Of a DNA stretch of 64,000 nt, positions 12,026-24,977 are shown piece after piece. A program made the translations under genes and the position numbers. The notes under the pieces were generated by a model. It was not told the DNA's origin, searched no databases, and saw only the letters and a list, made by a program, of their open reading frames with translations. The stretch covers positions 21,268,001-21,332,000 of the forward strand of contig CM059433.1 in the NCBI GenBank assembly GCA_030390025.1. The letters are read 5' to 3'. The stretch comes from Squalus acanthias. Taxonomy: Eukaryota. The first letter of the stretch is position 1. Each line of letters opens with the position of its first letter.

Positions 12026-13723
12026 GGGCTGGATTTTACCAACCTCGGCGGGTCCGTGGCGGGCGACGTCGGTGGCGGGTCCCGGCCTCGCTGCCGGCTC
12101 CAGCCCACTGTCCAAAATGATTTTCCCCTGATTGGGCTTGTTAAGCCCCCCCAGCCCATTTCCCGGGCCAATTGAAGGAAGCGGGTCTGATGATGTCATT
12201 CGATGACGTGTCATCAGCCAGTTTCTTTAAAGGGACCATGCACAAATTAATTTTGACATTTGTGCTGTCAGTGTTCTGCAGCATTGAGGTGCTGCAAACA
12301 CTGACAAGCACTGCACAAAGGTGGATGGCTGCACCCAGGCTCTCCCATGACTCGCTCCATATGCTTATGGAGGGAGTCACAGCATGCAGGGGGTTTAATC
12401 CCTCCCAATGGGCGGAAGAGACCCCCCAGGAGATCAACGCAGCCTGGTTGCACATTGCACAGAAGGACACAAGCAGGAATGTCGTAAGGAGGACCAGGCT
12501 GCAGTGGCACAAACTTTTCAATGATCTCAGTAGATCACAAAACGTTACTGCAAAGCCACACTCAACCTCATCCTGCTGTGCCACTCATCACATCCTCATC
12601 ACTCTGCCTTCCCTACCCTACTCCTGCACATCCTTACTCACACCAACTTACCTTGCACCTCCACCCATCCCTCTCTAGCTACATTATCACTTCCCCATCT
12701 CACTAGCCACCGCTCACACTCACCCTCATCCTAGTCCAATCATGTCAACTAACAGCACACAAGGGTAGCCTCTTGTGTGTTTTAGCCAATGTTCATGTGA
12801 AGTTTCTGTTAATGTGCTATCAAACATTGCAATCTTATTGAGTTGCAGTGAATGGAGAGACACAACGGTACCCCCCTGCAATGGTCATGAGTGTGAAACG
12901 AATGGCTTGGGCATTGTAGGGATGCTTTATGGTGTTGGTGTGGGGTGGTGCCAACCTGGTGCATCATGTGGCAGCCAGGGTGTACAGAGTCAAGTGAAGT
13001 AAATCTGGCCATGGTGAGGCCATCCCTGGTGTCCCGGGCAGCAATGTGGTTGGGTGCTGATGCCCTGTGTCCTGTGCAGCATCAGTTGATTGCGGAGAAG
13101 GTTGGTGTTATTGTTGGTGCTGCTGGTGTTGGTACTGATCGTGGTGGGATTCTGAGGACCAAGGTGAGATAGTTTCAAGGGCACCGATGCTGATGTAATA
13201 GACGACAGGTGAACTTGAGATGACAGAAGCGACCTGTCAATGGTGAGAGAGGTTGTTCCAATGAGGTGTCACTGGATAGAGAGTTTGCTCCAAACACTTA
13301 CAACCTGCATAAAGCTGAATTTGTCTTCGAAATGCAGTAAGCAACAGCTTCTGAGCTTGGAAAGTGAACAGCTGTGAGATGGAAGCTTTTATAGCACATT
13401 TGCAGCTGTCAAGTAATTAAATGATTCCATGGCCATTGAACTCTTGACCTGCTTACCTGACGTGTTCCCCGAGCAGCGTGGACCCCGTGTGCGACCTCGT
13501 AAAATGTAAAGGTGAGCTCAAAATACTTCTTAATGGGCTGTTAACAAGGTTATCATGACCTGAATTGCCTCCCCCACCACTGCGTGTCGGGTCTGTTCAG
13601 CGCTGACAGACCCGACATCTGGGAAAGGCGCGTGGTGGGGTCCCGACCCACTGTCAAAAGAAAACATTTTCCCACCCGACCCGCCACCGAACGCGCCCGC
13701 TGACCTCCTGAAAAATTCCCCCC
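12026..13723 (+). mobile_element. Non-autonomous PIF/Harbinger derivative with Myb/SANT-like ORF remnant
   Basis: Ends GGGCTGGATTTT ... AAAAATTCCCCCC, flanked by AAT/TAT. ORF 12172-12678 contains AAPRLSHDSLHMLMEGV...AAWLHIAQKDTSRNVVRRTRLQWHKLFNDLSRS (Myb/SANT trihelix pattern). The opposite strand at ~12997-13048 reads HIAARDTRDGLTMARFT, like a Harbinger transposase C-terminus. Confidence 0.75.
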
Positions 13724-13789
13724 TATGCTTTCGCAAAGAGTAAGTGGTGAAAACGTATTAATTGCTAACCGACGTAGACCAGCGTCACA

Positions 13790-15258
13790 AGCTGGAAAGA
13801 CAGGTGGAGAGTTGCTTGGACAGATAAGGAAGGCTGCAGAATGTGCTCGTCGTGAAAGAGTTCAAAATTCCATGTGTTGAACAGCCACATCAGAGACAAG
13901 TTGAAGGGAGTGATCAGAATACTAACAAATTCACTGAGGCAGGCAAGCATGGTTAACTCACACAACATGTGAAGCAGGCTAAGTAGAGCAGAGGCTGTAC
14001 TGGATTTGATGTTGAGCAATCCACTGGATCTGGTTAGCACCTGGAATCTGGTGAGCAACTGGGATCATGTGATCATGGTATGATAGTTTGATATTGTTGA
14101 AGCTGAGGCCAAAAACAACAATGGGGTTTTGGAAAAGCAGGTCTTTGGAGCTATGAGAAAAGGTGACATTATTGGGAAATCAGACTTAAAAACAGAACGG
14201 AAGAACAATGGAATGCATTTGAGACTATTTCACAGGAGGAGAAGCAAAAGTTTATTCCATTTAAAAAAAAAGAAGCATGACAATATCCAGACTGCAGTGC
14301 GTTAGTAAGAAGGGAAAAAAAAACACTTTGAGGTACAAGAAGAAAAATAAATAAAGATTTACATTTATATAGCATCTTTCACTTCCTCGGGACATCCCAA
14401 AGTGCTTTACAGCCAATGAAGTACTTTTTGAACTGCAGTGATGTAGCAAAGGCAGCAGCCAATTTGCATATAGCAAGCTCCCACAAACAGCAAGGTGTTA
14501 ATGACCAGATACTCTGTTTTTGTGACGTTAGTTGAGGAATAAACATTGGCCAGGACACCAGAAATAACTCCCCTGCTCTCCTTCAAAATAGTGCCATGGG
14601 ATCTTTTACATTGACCTAAGAGGGCAGACAGGGCCTCGGTTTAACATTTCTTTCGAAAGTCGACAACTCCGACAGTGCAGCACTGGACTTGTCAGCCTCA
14701 TTTATGTGCTCAAGTCTCTAGAGTGAGAATTGAACCTTCAGACTCGGAGGCAAGAGTGCGACCCACTGAGCTACAGCTGACACACTGAAACCAAACAATT
14801 GGAAGGCTTCGAATTCCTACAAAAATACAACTGAGGAAACTAAAGACATTATTCGAAAAAGTGAGAGAAGTAGCGATATCGCAAAACAGTTTCACTGCTC
14901 TATTAATAGTAGAAGGAAGGTCAAAGAGCATGTGGATCCAAAATGATATGATATATAATCAGAATAGGGAAGATATATATTGAATGGATTTGTCATATCA
15001 ATTTTCACAAAGGAGGACTGTGGATAAATTCTAGCCATAGTGAATGGGGTTAATCGGCCCATAGCATGTGTATAAGTCAATAACAAATGTGCTATACAGA
15101 AATGGAAGGAATAAATATTCAAAAAACTCTTCGGCCAGATTGTATAAATCCTAGAATTCGTAAGGAATTGAAGGAGAAAATTTTTGATATTTTTCGGAGT
15201 TCTATAAGCACTCAAGAAGTACTTAAGCACCGAAGAATGGCAAATTAAGTTCCAATAA
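13790..15258 (+). mobile_element. Highly decayed CR1 ORF2 remnant (endonuclease to RT start), interrupted by a SINE
   Basis: Remnant motifs RAEAVLDLMLSN and GEQLGSCDHGMI at ~13985-14085, SIFTKE at ~15000, and PRI.KEL...IFRSS at ~15150-15205. Confidence 0.65.
14345..14782 (-). mobile_element. SacSINE1-like (Deu-domain) SINE, full length
   Basis: Reverse complement is collinear with 30456-30925 from the head gtcagctgtagctcagtgg to the tail gctatataaatgtaaatcttt. Confidence 0.9.
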
Positions 15259-16176
15259 CGAAAATAATCTGCATGCTTTTTTTTAACTTCTATTTGTCCA
15301 TAGCTATTGGTTTGAATTTTGTGGCATTTTCAGAGAGCATGTGATTACATCAAAGTGAATAAAGCACCATATTATTAAATTATGGTACTATTCCATCAGT
15401 TGTTATGTAATATGTGTATTTATCACAAGTCTTAGCTCAAGACCTTTACTTTTGTGTTCCATCTATTAAGTTAGTAATGATTTAACAAGAAATAAGATTG
15501 TACATTGAAATAATTCAGTGAGCAGCACACATTGTTATGACAAATGCTAGCAGTCTAGTGGTTAACATAACAATTAGTTCAGTGTAAATACGTTTAACTA
15601 CTATTGCAATTGAAGAATTAAGGCAGAACCAGCAAGTTAATTACTTAACTTTTACTAAGTGCATTCAACTTTAACATGATACAACACTCAGTAAAATTCA
15701 TATGAATAAATTCATATTATTTACTGATGCAATATTAATCCATATTGAATTGTGAGAGAACAAGAAATTAATAATCAGAATATCGTATCTATAATCGGCA
15801 TTCATTGTATATTTTTTCTGTCAATATGTTAATTGCATTATTCAATCTAATTAGGATATCACAACAGACCTGACAACAGACTGAGCATCACCTCTGGCTT
15901 AATACTGTAACTGTAGCCATTCATGGTTACAGTTTCTTCTTAATCTTGTATTCCTGTAGTTTCTGAGCCATCGCATACTGATGTGTCATTAGCTCAGAGA
16001 CTTGTCAGTCTGTTCAATGAGCAATTTTGAATTGCCAATCCATTTCTTGTGATTAGCTAGGGCTAGAGGTCTTAATGAAAACTCCTACGTTCAATCATCT
16101 CTTCCATGTTCCAAAATATCAAAGATTCTTGTGACTAACTAGATTATTTATGTAAGAAATAAATAAAGACTGTTTA

Positions 16177-18262
16177 CATAGACTCATAGAAAAATTACGA
16201 CACAGAAGGAGGCCATTCGGCCCATCGTGTCCGTGCCAGTCAGGAAAGAGCTACCCAGCCTAATCCTACCTTCCAGCCCTAGGTCCGTAGCCCTGTAGGT
16301 TACGGCTCTTCAAGTACACATCGAAGTACTTTTTAAATGTGATGAGGGTTTCTGCCTCTACCACCCTTTCGGGCAGTGAGTTCCAGACCCCCACCACCCT
16401 CTGGATGAAATTTTTTTTCCTCATCTCCCCTCTAATCCTTCTACCAACTACTTTAAATCTATGCCCCCCTGGTTCTTGACCCCTTTGCTAAGGGAAATAG
16501 GTCCTTCCTCTCCACTCTATCTAGGCCCCTCATAATTTTATACACCTCAATTAAATCTCCCCTCAGCCTCCCCTGTTCCAAAGAAAACAACCCCAGCCTA
16601 GCCAATCTTTCCTCATAGCTAAAGTTTTCCAGTCCTGGCAACATCCTCGTAAATCTCCTCTGCAACCTCTCCAGTGCAATCACATCCTTCCTGTAATGTG
16701 GTGACTAGAACTGCTGTGGCCTAACCAGTGTTCTATACAGTTCTAGCATAACTTCCCTGCTGTTATATTCTATGCCTCAGCTAATAAAGGAAAGCATTCT
16801 GTATGCTTTTTTAACTACTTTATTGACCTGTCCTGCTACCTTTAAGGATCTGTGGACATACACTCCAAGTTCCCTCGGTTCCTCCACACCTCTCAGTATC
16901 CTCCCATTAATTGTGTATTCCCTTGCCTTGTTGCCCCTCCCCAAATGCATTACCTCACACTTTTCCGGATTGAATTCCATTTGCCACTTTTCTGCCCAAC
17001 TGTCCAGTCCATTGATATCTTCCTGCAGTCTAAAGCTTTCCTCCTCACTGTCAACCACACGGCCAATTTTTGTATCATCTGCAAATTTCTTTATCATGCC
17101 CCCTACATTTAAGTCTAAATCATTAATATATACTACAAAAAGTAAGGGACCGAGTACTGAGCCCTGTGGAACCCCACTGGAAACAGCCTTCCAGTCGCAA
17201 AAACTCCCTTCAGCCATTACCCTTTGCTCCCTGCCACTGAGCCAATTTTGGATCCAATTTGCCACTCTCCCTTGGATCCCAAAGGCTTTTACTTTTTTGA
17301 TCAGCCTGCCATGTGGGACCTTGTCAAAAGCCTTGCTAAAATCCATGTAGACTACATCAAATGCACTGCCCCCATCGACCCTCCTTGTTACCGCCTCAAA
17401 GAATTCAATTAAGTTGGTCAGACATGACTTTCCCTTAACAAAACCATGCTGACTGTCCTTGATTAATTTGTGTCTTTCTAAATGAAGGTTTATACTGTCC
17501 CTCAGAATTGATTCCAGTAATTTGCCCACCACCGAGGTTAAACTAACTGGCCTGTAATTGCTCGGTTTATCCCTTCCTCCCTTTTTAAACAATGGTACAA
17601 CGTTAGCAGTTCTCCAATCCTCTGGCACCACTCCTGTAGCCAGGGAGGATTGGAAAATGATGGTCAGAGCCTCTGCTATTTCCTCCCTTGCTTCTTTTAA
17701 TAGCCTTGGATATATTTCATCCGGCCCTGGCGATTTATCTATTTTCAAGGATGCTCAACCCCTTAATAATTCCTCTCTTACTATGTTTATCCAATATTTC
17801 ACTATCTTCCTCCTTAACTTCAACATTGGCATTGTCCCCCTCTTTTGTGAATACAGCTGCAAAGTATTCATTAAGTACCTTACCCACATCCTCCGCCTCC
17901 ACACATAGATCATCATTTTGTTCCCTGAAAGGCCCTACTCTTTCCTTAGTTATCCTCCTGCTCTTTATGTAATTATAAAAGATCTTTGGGTTTTCTTTGA
18001 TTCTACTTGCCAGTATTTTTTCATGCCCTCTTTTTGCTTTCCTAATTTCCTTCTTAATTTCACCCCTACACTTTCTATACTCTTCTAGGCTTTCTGCAGT
18101 ATTGAGCTCACGATATCTGATATAGGCTTCCCTTTTTTGCCTTATCTTATCCTGTATGCACCTTGTCATCCAGGGGGCTCTAAATTTGGCAGTTCGACCC
18201 TTTTTCTTTGTGGAAACATGTTCACCCTGAACTCCATGTATCTCCCTCTTGAATGTCTCCCA
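16177..18262 (-). mobile_element. CR1 LINE, 5'-truncated (~2.1 kb), with RT domain
   Basis: ORF 16777-17748 (323 aa) has KSPGPD, NYRPVSLTS, QHGF, DFSKAFD, GVPQGSVLGP and KFADD. Flanking ORFs 17735-18169 and 16459-16683 continue ORF2 across frameshifts. Confidence 0.97.
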
Positions 18263-18339
18263 CTACTCGGTAAATATTTTTGTATGCTGCCCTGTGTGCT
18301 TTTCTCAGACAAAAGTCAGATTGAAACTATTTTCTTATT

Positions 18340-19107
18340 GGCCCAAAATTTGCTGTTAAAATAACGGCGAGGCTAATAGCGCTCACCGTTATTTATGTAC
18401 AAATGCCACAGCACTTCAGGCGAGGGCATGTAGGCGATTAAACGTGGAAATCGTGAAGTTGATGTCGGAGATGTGCCGCTCCTCCATTGGCTTCGCGAAA
18501 ATGGCATCTTGCTGTCTAGCTCCCCATTCCAATGCATTGAGCAGCATGAAGTTGCTGGACTTACGCAGTAGATATGACTAAACTCGTCACAGAAAGTTAG
18601 CTCAAGTAATTTCAAGTCTAAGTACCCTTTTAATGATCTGATAAGTGTTAGTTACTGTCAGTCAACCTCTCTGGCACTGAAAACTAACTATTACAAGTGT
18701 GGAGTTTCATTTCCTCACGTTTTAATTGTTGGAGATTTAAAAAAAACACATTATTTTTAACTTTTCCTTTCTGTCTCTTTTTTTCTCTCTCTTAATCCAG
18801 TCTTTCTTTCCTCTCTTTATTTCTCTTTCTGTACCTGATTTGACATTGAATTCACTATTCTAACTTACATTTCCTTCTCAGTCTTTGCACTTCTAATTTC
18901 AGAATCCTTCAATCTGATTGGTTAAGGAGATACACAGTTGCTTGCCCTGTTCACGCAGATCTCAGATGCCCTGTAGAGGGTGCCGCACCGTTTCCATCAG
19001 GCACTTCCAGCAACCTGTAGAGCAATATATCGTCGAATTTAAATGGACAAGGGCAAGTCTAACTAACAGGGCACCATTCGTTGCCCTGCCACAGGAAATT
19101 TTGGGCC
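18340..19107. mobile_element. Harbinger-like MITE
   Basis: 17-bp TIR GGCCCAAAATTT(G/C)CTGT ... ACAGGAAATTTTGGGCC with 1 mismatch. Flanks ATT/AAA are not identical. Confidence 0.75.
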
Positions 19108-19229
19108 AAAATGTTTGGGATGAGCGTAAATACTTGTTGAAAAGATTGCTGCTGCTGGAAGAAGAGAATTCACTTCAGCATTTGCATAAGCGTTCTTCTT
19201 TCTTTCTCTCCTGTTTTCTCATTTCCCTC

Positions 19230-19445
19230 CCCCTCCCCCCCTTTCTCTGCCATCCTCCTCTAAAGACTGTGAAGCATGCAGGAACATGGTTCTATAGGCA
19301 CCAGTAGGTCTTTGGTACATGTCCAAGTGACTGAACAGCAGGAAGACTGGCAATTGTTTCTCTCCCTAGTCCAGTGGCAATAAAGCCAGTGGCAGCACGC
19401 CATTGCTGTCCAAGTTGAGACTAACTAACAGCACAGATTAGGGAT
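19230..19445 (-). mobile_element. Degenerate family B SINE
   Basis: Contains catcctcctctaaagactg, gtccaagtgac and gttgagactaactaacagcacaga blocks, reverse-matching other family B copies. Confidence 0.5.
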
Positions 19446-20065
19446 CCAAGGCTAACAAAATGTTGGCCTTTATTTCAAGGGGGTTGGAATACAACAGTGT
19501 GGAAGTGATGCTTCAGTTGTACAGAGCCTTGGTCAGACCCCATCTGGAGCACTGCATTCAGTTTTTGGCACCGCACCTCAGGAAAGATATATTGGCCTTG
19601 GAGGGTGTGCAGCGCAGATTCACCAGACTGATACAAGGGCTGAAAGGTTTAAATTAGGACAGGTTGAGTAAACTTGGCGTGTATTCTCTTGAGTTGTGAA
19701 GGTTGAGGAGTGATCCAAATTCTAAAAGGATTCAATAGGGTAGATATAGATAAAATATTTCCTCTGGTGGGCAGTGGGTGGGGAATCCAGAACAAGAGGA
19801 CATAACCTTAAAATTAAAGCTGCCAGTTCGGAGTGACATCAGGAAGCACTTTTTCACACAAGGAGTACTGGAAATCTGGAATTCTCTTTCAAGAGGGTGT
19901 GGATGCTGAGTCAATTGAAATGTTTGAGACTGGCATTGCTATATTTTCGTTACACAAGGGTATCATGGAAAATAGAGGAAAGGTGGGTAAATGAAGTTGA
20001 GGTACAGATCAGCCATGATCTAATAGAATGGTGGAACAGGCTCGAGGGGCCTATTCCTGTTCCTG
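19446..20065 (+). mobile_element. CR1 LINE 3' fragment
   Basis: ORF 19460-19657 reads MLAFISRGLEY...LYRALVRPHLEHCIQF, followed by the 3' UTR cagccatgatctaatagaatgg. Confidence 0.93.
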
Positions 20066-20317
20066 CGAGTCTGACTTGGAGAGTTGTTTCTTTCCCCCAT
20101 ACCTGCTGAGGTAGCAATGGAGCAGCAATGTAACAAGCTGCCTCTAGCAGTGCCAGTAGTTGGACTTGGCCGTCTCGTTTAGCCCAGTGATGTGGTTTCC
20201 TGACCATTAGATTTTTTTCCCACTTCTTTCATGTGGAATGCATCGTAATTGCCCTCAGAAGAGTACACAATCCTTTGGAAACACTGGTACATGAGAGCCA
20301 AGATTGGACATGAGTGT

Positions 20318-20348
20318 AGGGGGGGGGGGGGGGGGGGCAGGGGGGGGG
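20318..20348 (+). repeat. Poly-G tract
   Basis: Two long G runs separated by CA. Confidence 0.9.
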
Positions 20349-20574
20349 TTGGTTGCTGGAAAATAACTGCACTCTGGCTTCAAAAGAAAATCAAATCAAG
20401 AAAGCTCATACAGTCATCAGGGAAGGGGCTGTGGCCAAATAAGAAACTTGCCAATCTTGACTTTGTAAAAACAAGGCCTGTGCAAGCTTATGCATGTGTG
20501 TTTTCTGTCGCCATCATTTTTGTTGCCTTCACTCTGCAATTTAACAGACTAGATTCTACGGCACTGTCAGCCAA

Positions 20575-20915
20575 GGCTAGGATAGAAACCACTTCTATTT
20601 CCTCTGGTGGGAGTGTCCAGAACAAGGGGGCATAACCTTAAAATTAGAGCTAGGTCATTAAGGGGTGATGTCAGGAAACAGTTCTTCATGTAAAGGATAA
20701 AGGAAATCTGGAACTCTGTCCCCTAAAATGCTGTTGAGTCTGGGGGTCAATTGAAAGTTTCAAAATTGAGATTGATAGAATTTTGTTCAGTAAGGGTAAG
20801 AGGGAAATAGAATAAAGGTGGGTAGATAGAGTTAAGATACAGATCAGTCATGATCTAATTGAATGGCAGAACATGCTCGAGGGGCTGAAGGGTCTACTCC
20901 TGTTCCTATGTTGTT
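20575..20915 (+). mobile_element. CR1 LINE 3' fragment
   Basis: tccagaacaagggggcataaccttaaaattagagc...gatcagtcatgatctaattgaatgg...cctgttcctatgtt, matching the other CR1 3' ends. Confidence 0.9.
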
Positions 20916-21451
20916 CTGTGATATATGCAGACGACTAGGCCTTCTTTTCTTTTCATGAATCAGTCCTCCAGACAATGCAAAACAAGTGTTGACAAGCTTT
21001 CTGAGCCATACTGAGCTGTTTTTTCCTTCTTCGTGCGGAATTCAGCTTAATAGTCCTCACATAAGGACAGCATCCTTTGGAAACACTATTTTGTCTTATT
21101 ATAAAACAAAATTGCATGTGAGTGGTGTGGTGGAAAACTGGAAAATAATTCAGCCCTTGCAGTAAAATAATAACAAAACAATGCAGATTCATGCAGGTCA
21201 GAAAGCATTGCAAGTACATGTCAGAAAAATAAGATGCTCTATGTTATTTTTTGACCTTGAAGCTGGTCCTGGAGCTACCACTGCAACATTATTTGGGCCA
21301 GTAAAGATTTCCGTTGAATGATATTAAAACCATTCATGGCTGATTGATGATCTATTCTTGAGGTACACACTTCCCATTCGGTACTGCTGTTTCCAATAAG
21401 GAAATAATTTACAAGTGGCCGTCTCCATTAGGTAGGAAGGTGATACAAAAG

Positions 21452-22292
21452 CAACAACAACTTGTATTTATATAGCGCCTTTAATGTAGTAAAACATCCC
21501 AAGGCGCTGCACAGGAGTATTATAAGACAAATAATTTGACACCGAGCCACATAAGGAGAAATTAGGGTAGGTGACCAAAAGCTTGGTCAAAGAAGGTAGG
21601 TTTTAAGGAGCGTCTTAAAGGAGGAAAGAGAGGTAGCGAGATGGAGAGGTTTATGCAGGGAATTCCAGAGCTTCGGGCCTAGGCAACAGAAGGCACGGCC
21701 ACCAATGGTTGAGCGATTATAATCAGGGATGCTCAAGAGGGCAGAATTAGAGGAGCGCAGATATCTCGGGGGGTTGTGGGGCTGAAGGAGATTACAAAGA
21801 TAGGGAGGGGCGAGGCCATGGAGGGATTTGAAAACAAGGATGAGAATTCTGAAATCGAGGCGTTGCTTAACCGGGAGCCAATGTAGGTCAGCGAGCACAG
21901 GGGAGATGGGTGAACGGGACTTGGTGTGATTTAGGACACGGGTAGCCGAGTTTTGGATGACCTCAAGTTTACATGGGGTAGAATGTGGGAGACCAGTCAG
22001 GAGTGTGTTGGAATAGTCAAGTCTAGAGGTAACAAAGGCTTGGACAAGGGTTTCAGCAGTGGGTGAGCTGAGGCAAGGGCAGTGACGGGCGATGTCATGG
22101 AGGTGGAAATAGGCAGTCTTAGTTATGCTGCGGAAATGTTGTCGGAAGCTCATTTCAGGGTCAAATATGACACCAAGGTTGCGAACAGTGTGGTTCAGCC
22201 TCAGACAGATGCTAGGGAGAAGGATGGACTCAGTGGCTAGGGAACGGAACTTGTGGCGGGGACCGAAAACAATGGCTTCAGTCTTCCCAATA
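21452..22292 (-). mobile_element. L2-clade LINE 3' fragment
   Basis: ORF 21587-22303 has KTEAIVFG, VRNLGVIFD, AFVTSRLDYSN, LHWLPVKQR, GGRAF and FKTLLKTYL. (TTG)n tail. Confidence 0.95.
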
Positions 22293-23639
22293 TACTTCAC
22301 CAAAATATAAGCTTCATTATCACAAATAGTATTTGTGAAATCACCTATATGGCATTAACAAGCTTTTTGAGAGTGAAATGAAAATAGATACTCGGCACAA
22401 GTGGTAAGTTTTTGTTTGAGTTTGCTAAAGCAAGAAGTGATCACAAATATAGAATGTTATACTTGCATCTGGTAACAGTACTGTCAGTAGATAGGTTATG
22501 TATGAGATTGGCTGCAAAAGAGCCAATGCTCTCTGAGTTTGCATTTTTGAGAGGAGGGGCCGATGGGGGAAGATGTATATGTGTAACAAAACTTTAAACA
22601 CTTTCATAAACAACATAATTAGAGGAGATCTTCATCCCATGTGCATTTTTCAGTTAGCAAGATGGAAGTCCTGGGGAACCTGTTCCCCTTTTTTGCACCC
22701 AGTTTCAGTGTCAATCACTGGCAAGTCAGGTATGAGACCAGCTTTGTAGCATTCTCATGTCTCTCTTTGCTGCACTTGTTCCCAGCAAAACAATCGCTGT
22801 CTCCCAACCCTGCAGTTCCACCAGTGCTGCCCCTAGCTATGCTCCCTCATGTTTGAGGGGCACAAACTCAAAATCTACCTGGCACACAAGTGGCCATCCC
22901 TCATTGGATCTGGCTTGACCACCAAAAGCACGGTCGTGCTTCACTCTCCTCAGAGTTGAACAGGGAGCCAAGATTGCGAGCCGTAATGGCCGCAAATTTC
23001 AATAAAATGCAGCGAATGTTGCAGAAATAAAAAAAGAAAATGCAAGAAACACAAGTCAGTCATGATCTGAAAGAGAAATACAGGTTAATGTTTGGGGACG
23101 CAGCGTTAATCAGGTCTAGCTCAAACGCAATTTAAACATGATATTGTCTGGTATTTTTCTTGTATTGATATTCATCATTGTAGGCAAATAAGAAGAGGTC
23201 TAACCAGAAGCATCCTGTTGAACTGCATTAGCTGCTAATGTTGACAGAATAAACAGCACTTTTCTATTTTGCATTTGTGCTATCGAATTACCAAGAAAAT
23301 GTAATCATTTATGTTAGTCAGCCTTCTAAAATTCCTCAAGATTATCCCTTCAATTTGTAAAAATGACAGATAAATTTGAAATGGTTACAGCTCATCTAAT
23401 AACTTGTGGGTTATTTTCTGTTGTCTACAGAATAGTACCTCAGTTTAGGAGATAATGTAATTTCATGTTCTCAAACAAATATGTCAGGAGCACTATCAAG
23501 CATTCATCTATTGACAAAGGATGGAGATACTCCAGTTCTCTGCAATGCATTTGTCTGTTTATTCTTTTTTTATAAAAAGAACCAATGCAAGGTTGCTGAA
23601 AATAATGAAGTGTGTTATGAAACTGTGGCAAGCAAAATG

Positions 23640-24821
23640 AACAAAGAAATGTTAGACCAATTAAATACATATTTTGGTTCTGTCTTCACAAAGGAGGACA
23701 CAAATAACCTCCCAGAGATGTTGGGGAACATAGGGTCTGATGAAAGGGAGGAACTGAAAGAAATCAGTATTTGTAGGGAAATGGTGTTAGGGAAATTGAC
23801 GGGATTGAAGGCCGATAAATCCCCAGAGCCTGATAATCTACATCCTAGGGTACTTAAGGAAGTGGCCCTAGAAATAGTAGATGCATTGCTGATCATCTTC
23901 CAACATTCGATGGAATCTGGAACAGTACCCATGGATTGGAGGGTAGCTTATGTTACCCTACTATTCAAAAAGGGTGGTAGAGAGAAAACGGGGAATTACA
24001 GACCGGTAAGCCTGACATCGGTAGTGGGGAAAATGCTGGAGTCCATTATAAAAGATGTAATAGCTGAGCACTTGGAAAACAGTGACAGGATCGGACAAAG
24101 TCAACATGGATTTACAAAAGGTAAATCATGCTTGACTAATCTACTGGAATTTTTTGAGGATGTAACTGGTAAAATAGATAAGGGAGAACCAGTGGATGTG
24201 GTGTATTTGGACTTCCAAAAGGCTTTTGATAAGATCCCGCATAAGAGATTAGCGTGTAAAGTTAAGGCACATGGGATTGGGGGCAAGGTATTGACTTGGA
24301 TAGAGAACTGGTTGGCAGACAGAAAGCAAAGAGTTGGAATAAACGTGTCTTTTTCCGAGTGGCAGGCAGTGACTAGTGGGGTACCGCAGGGATCGGTTCT
24401 TGGACCCCAGCTATTCACAATATATATTAATGATCTAGACAAGGGAACTAGATGTAATATCTCCAAGTTTGCAGACGACACAAAACTGGGTGGGCGTGTG
24501 TGCTGCGAGGAGGATGCCAAGAAACTCCAGGATGATTTGGACAGGTTGGGTGATTGGGCAGAAGCGTGGCAGATGCAATATAACATGGATAAATGCGAGG
24601 TTATCCACTTTGGTGTCAAAAACAGAAAGGCAGATTATTAGATTGGGAGAAGGGGAAGTGCAACGAGACCTGGGTGTCCTTGTGCACCAGTCGCTGAAGG
24701 TAAGCATGCAGGTGCAGCAGGCGGTTAAGAAGGCAAATGGTATGTTGGCCTTCATAGCGAGAGGGTTTGAGTACAGGAACAAGGATGTCTTGCTGCAGTT
24801 GTACAGGGCCTTGGTGAGACC
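23640..24821 (+). mobile_element. CR1 LINE internal RT fragment
   Basis: ORF 23481-24641 carries NYRPVSLTS, QHGF, YLDFQKAFD, GVPQGSVLGP and KFADDTKL. It continues in ORF 24469-24849 to LYRALVRP and then stops abruptly. Confidence 0.96.
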
Positions 24822-24977
24822 CCAAACATCCCCACTTCTGACCTTATGATGGAGGGAAGGTCATTGATGAACCAGATAAAGATGGTTGGGCCTAGGACAC
24901 TGCCCTGAGGAACTCCTGCAGCCATGTGCTGGGGCTGAGATGATTGACATCCATCAACCACAACCATCTTCCTTTGT
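24822..24977 (-). mobile_element. RT fragment of the LINE family at 55985-58926
   Basis: Minus-strand MVVVDGCQSSQPQHMAAGVPQGSVLGPTIFIWFINDLPSIIRSEVGMF matches 57896-58049. Confidence 0.9.

Noticed and set aside
16772..17350. 192-aa + strand ORF, and similar antisense ORFs such as 24101-24619
   Set aside because: These are antisense shadows of CR1 RT coding sequence, with no independent protein features.
23020..23110. Possible Penelope-like terminal fragment
   Set aside because: Only a vague resemblance from memory. It is too short and has no second copy in the window.
23481..23640. 386-aa ORF as a novel chimeric RT gene
   Set aside because: The first ~55 aa are AT-rich flank that happens to be in frame with a truncated CR1. 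There is no endonuclease, and the C-terminus is frameshifted.
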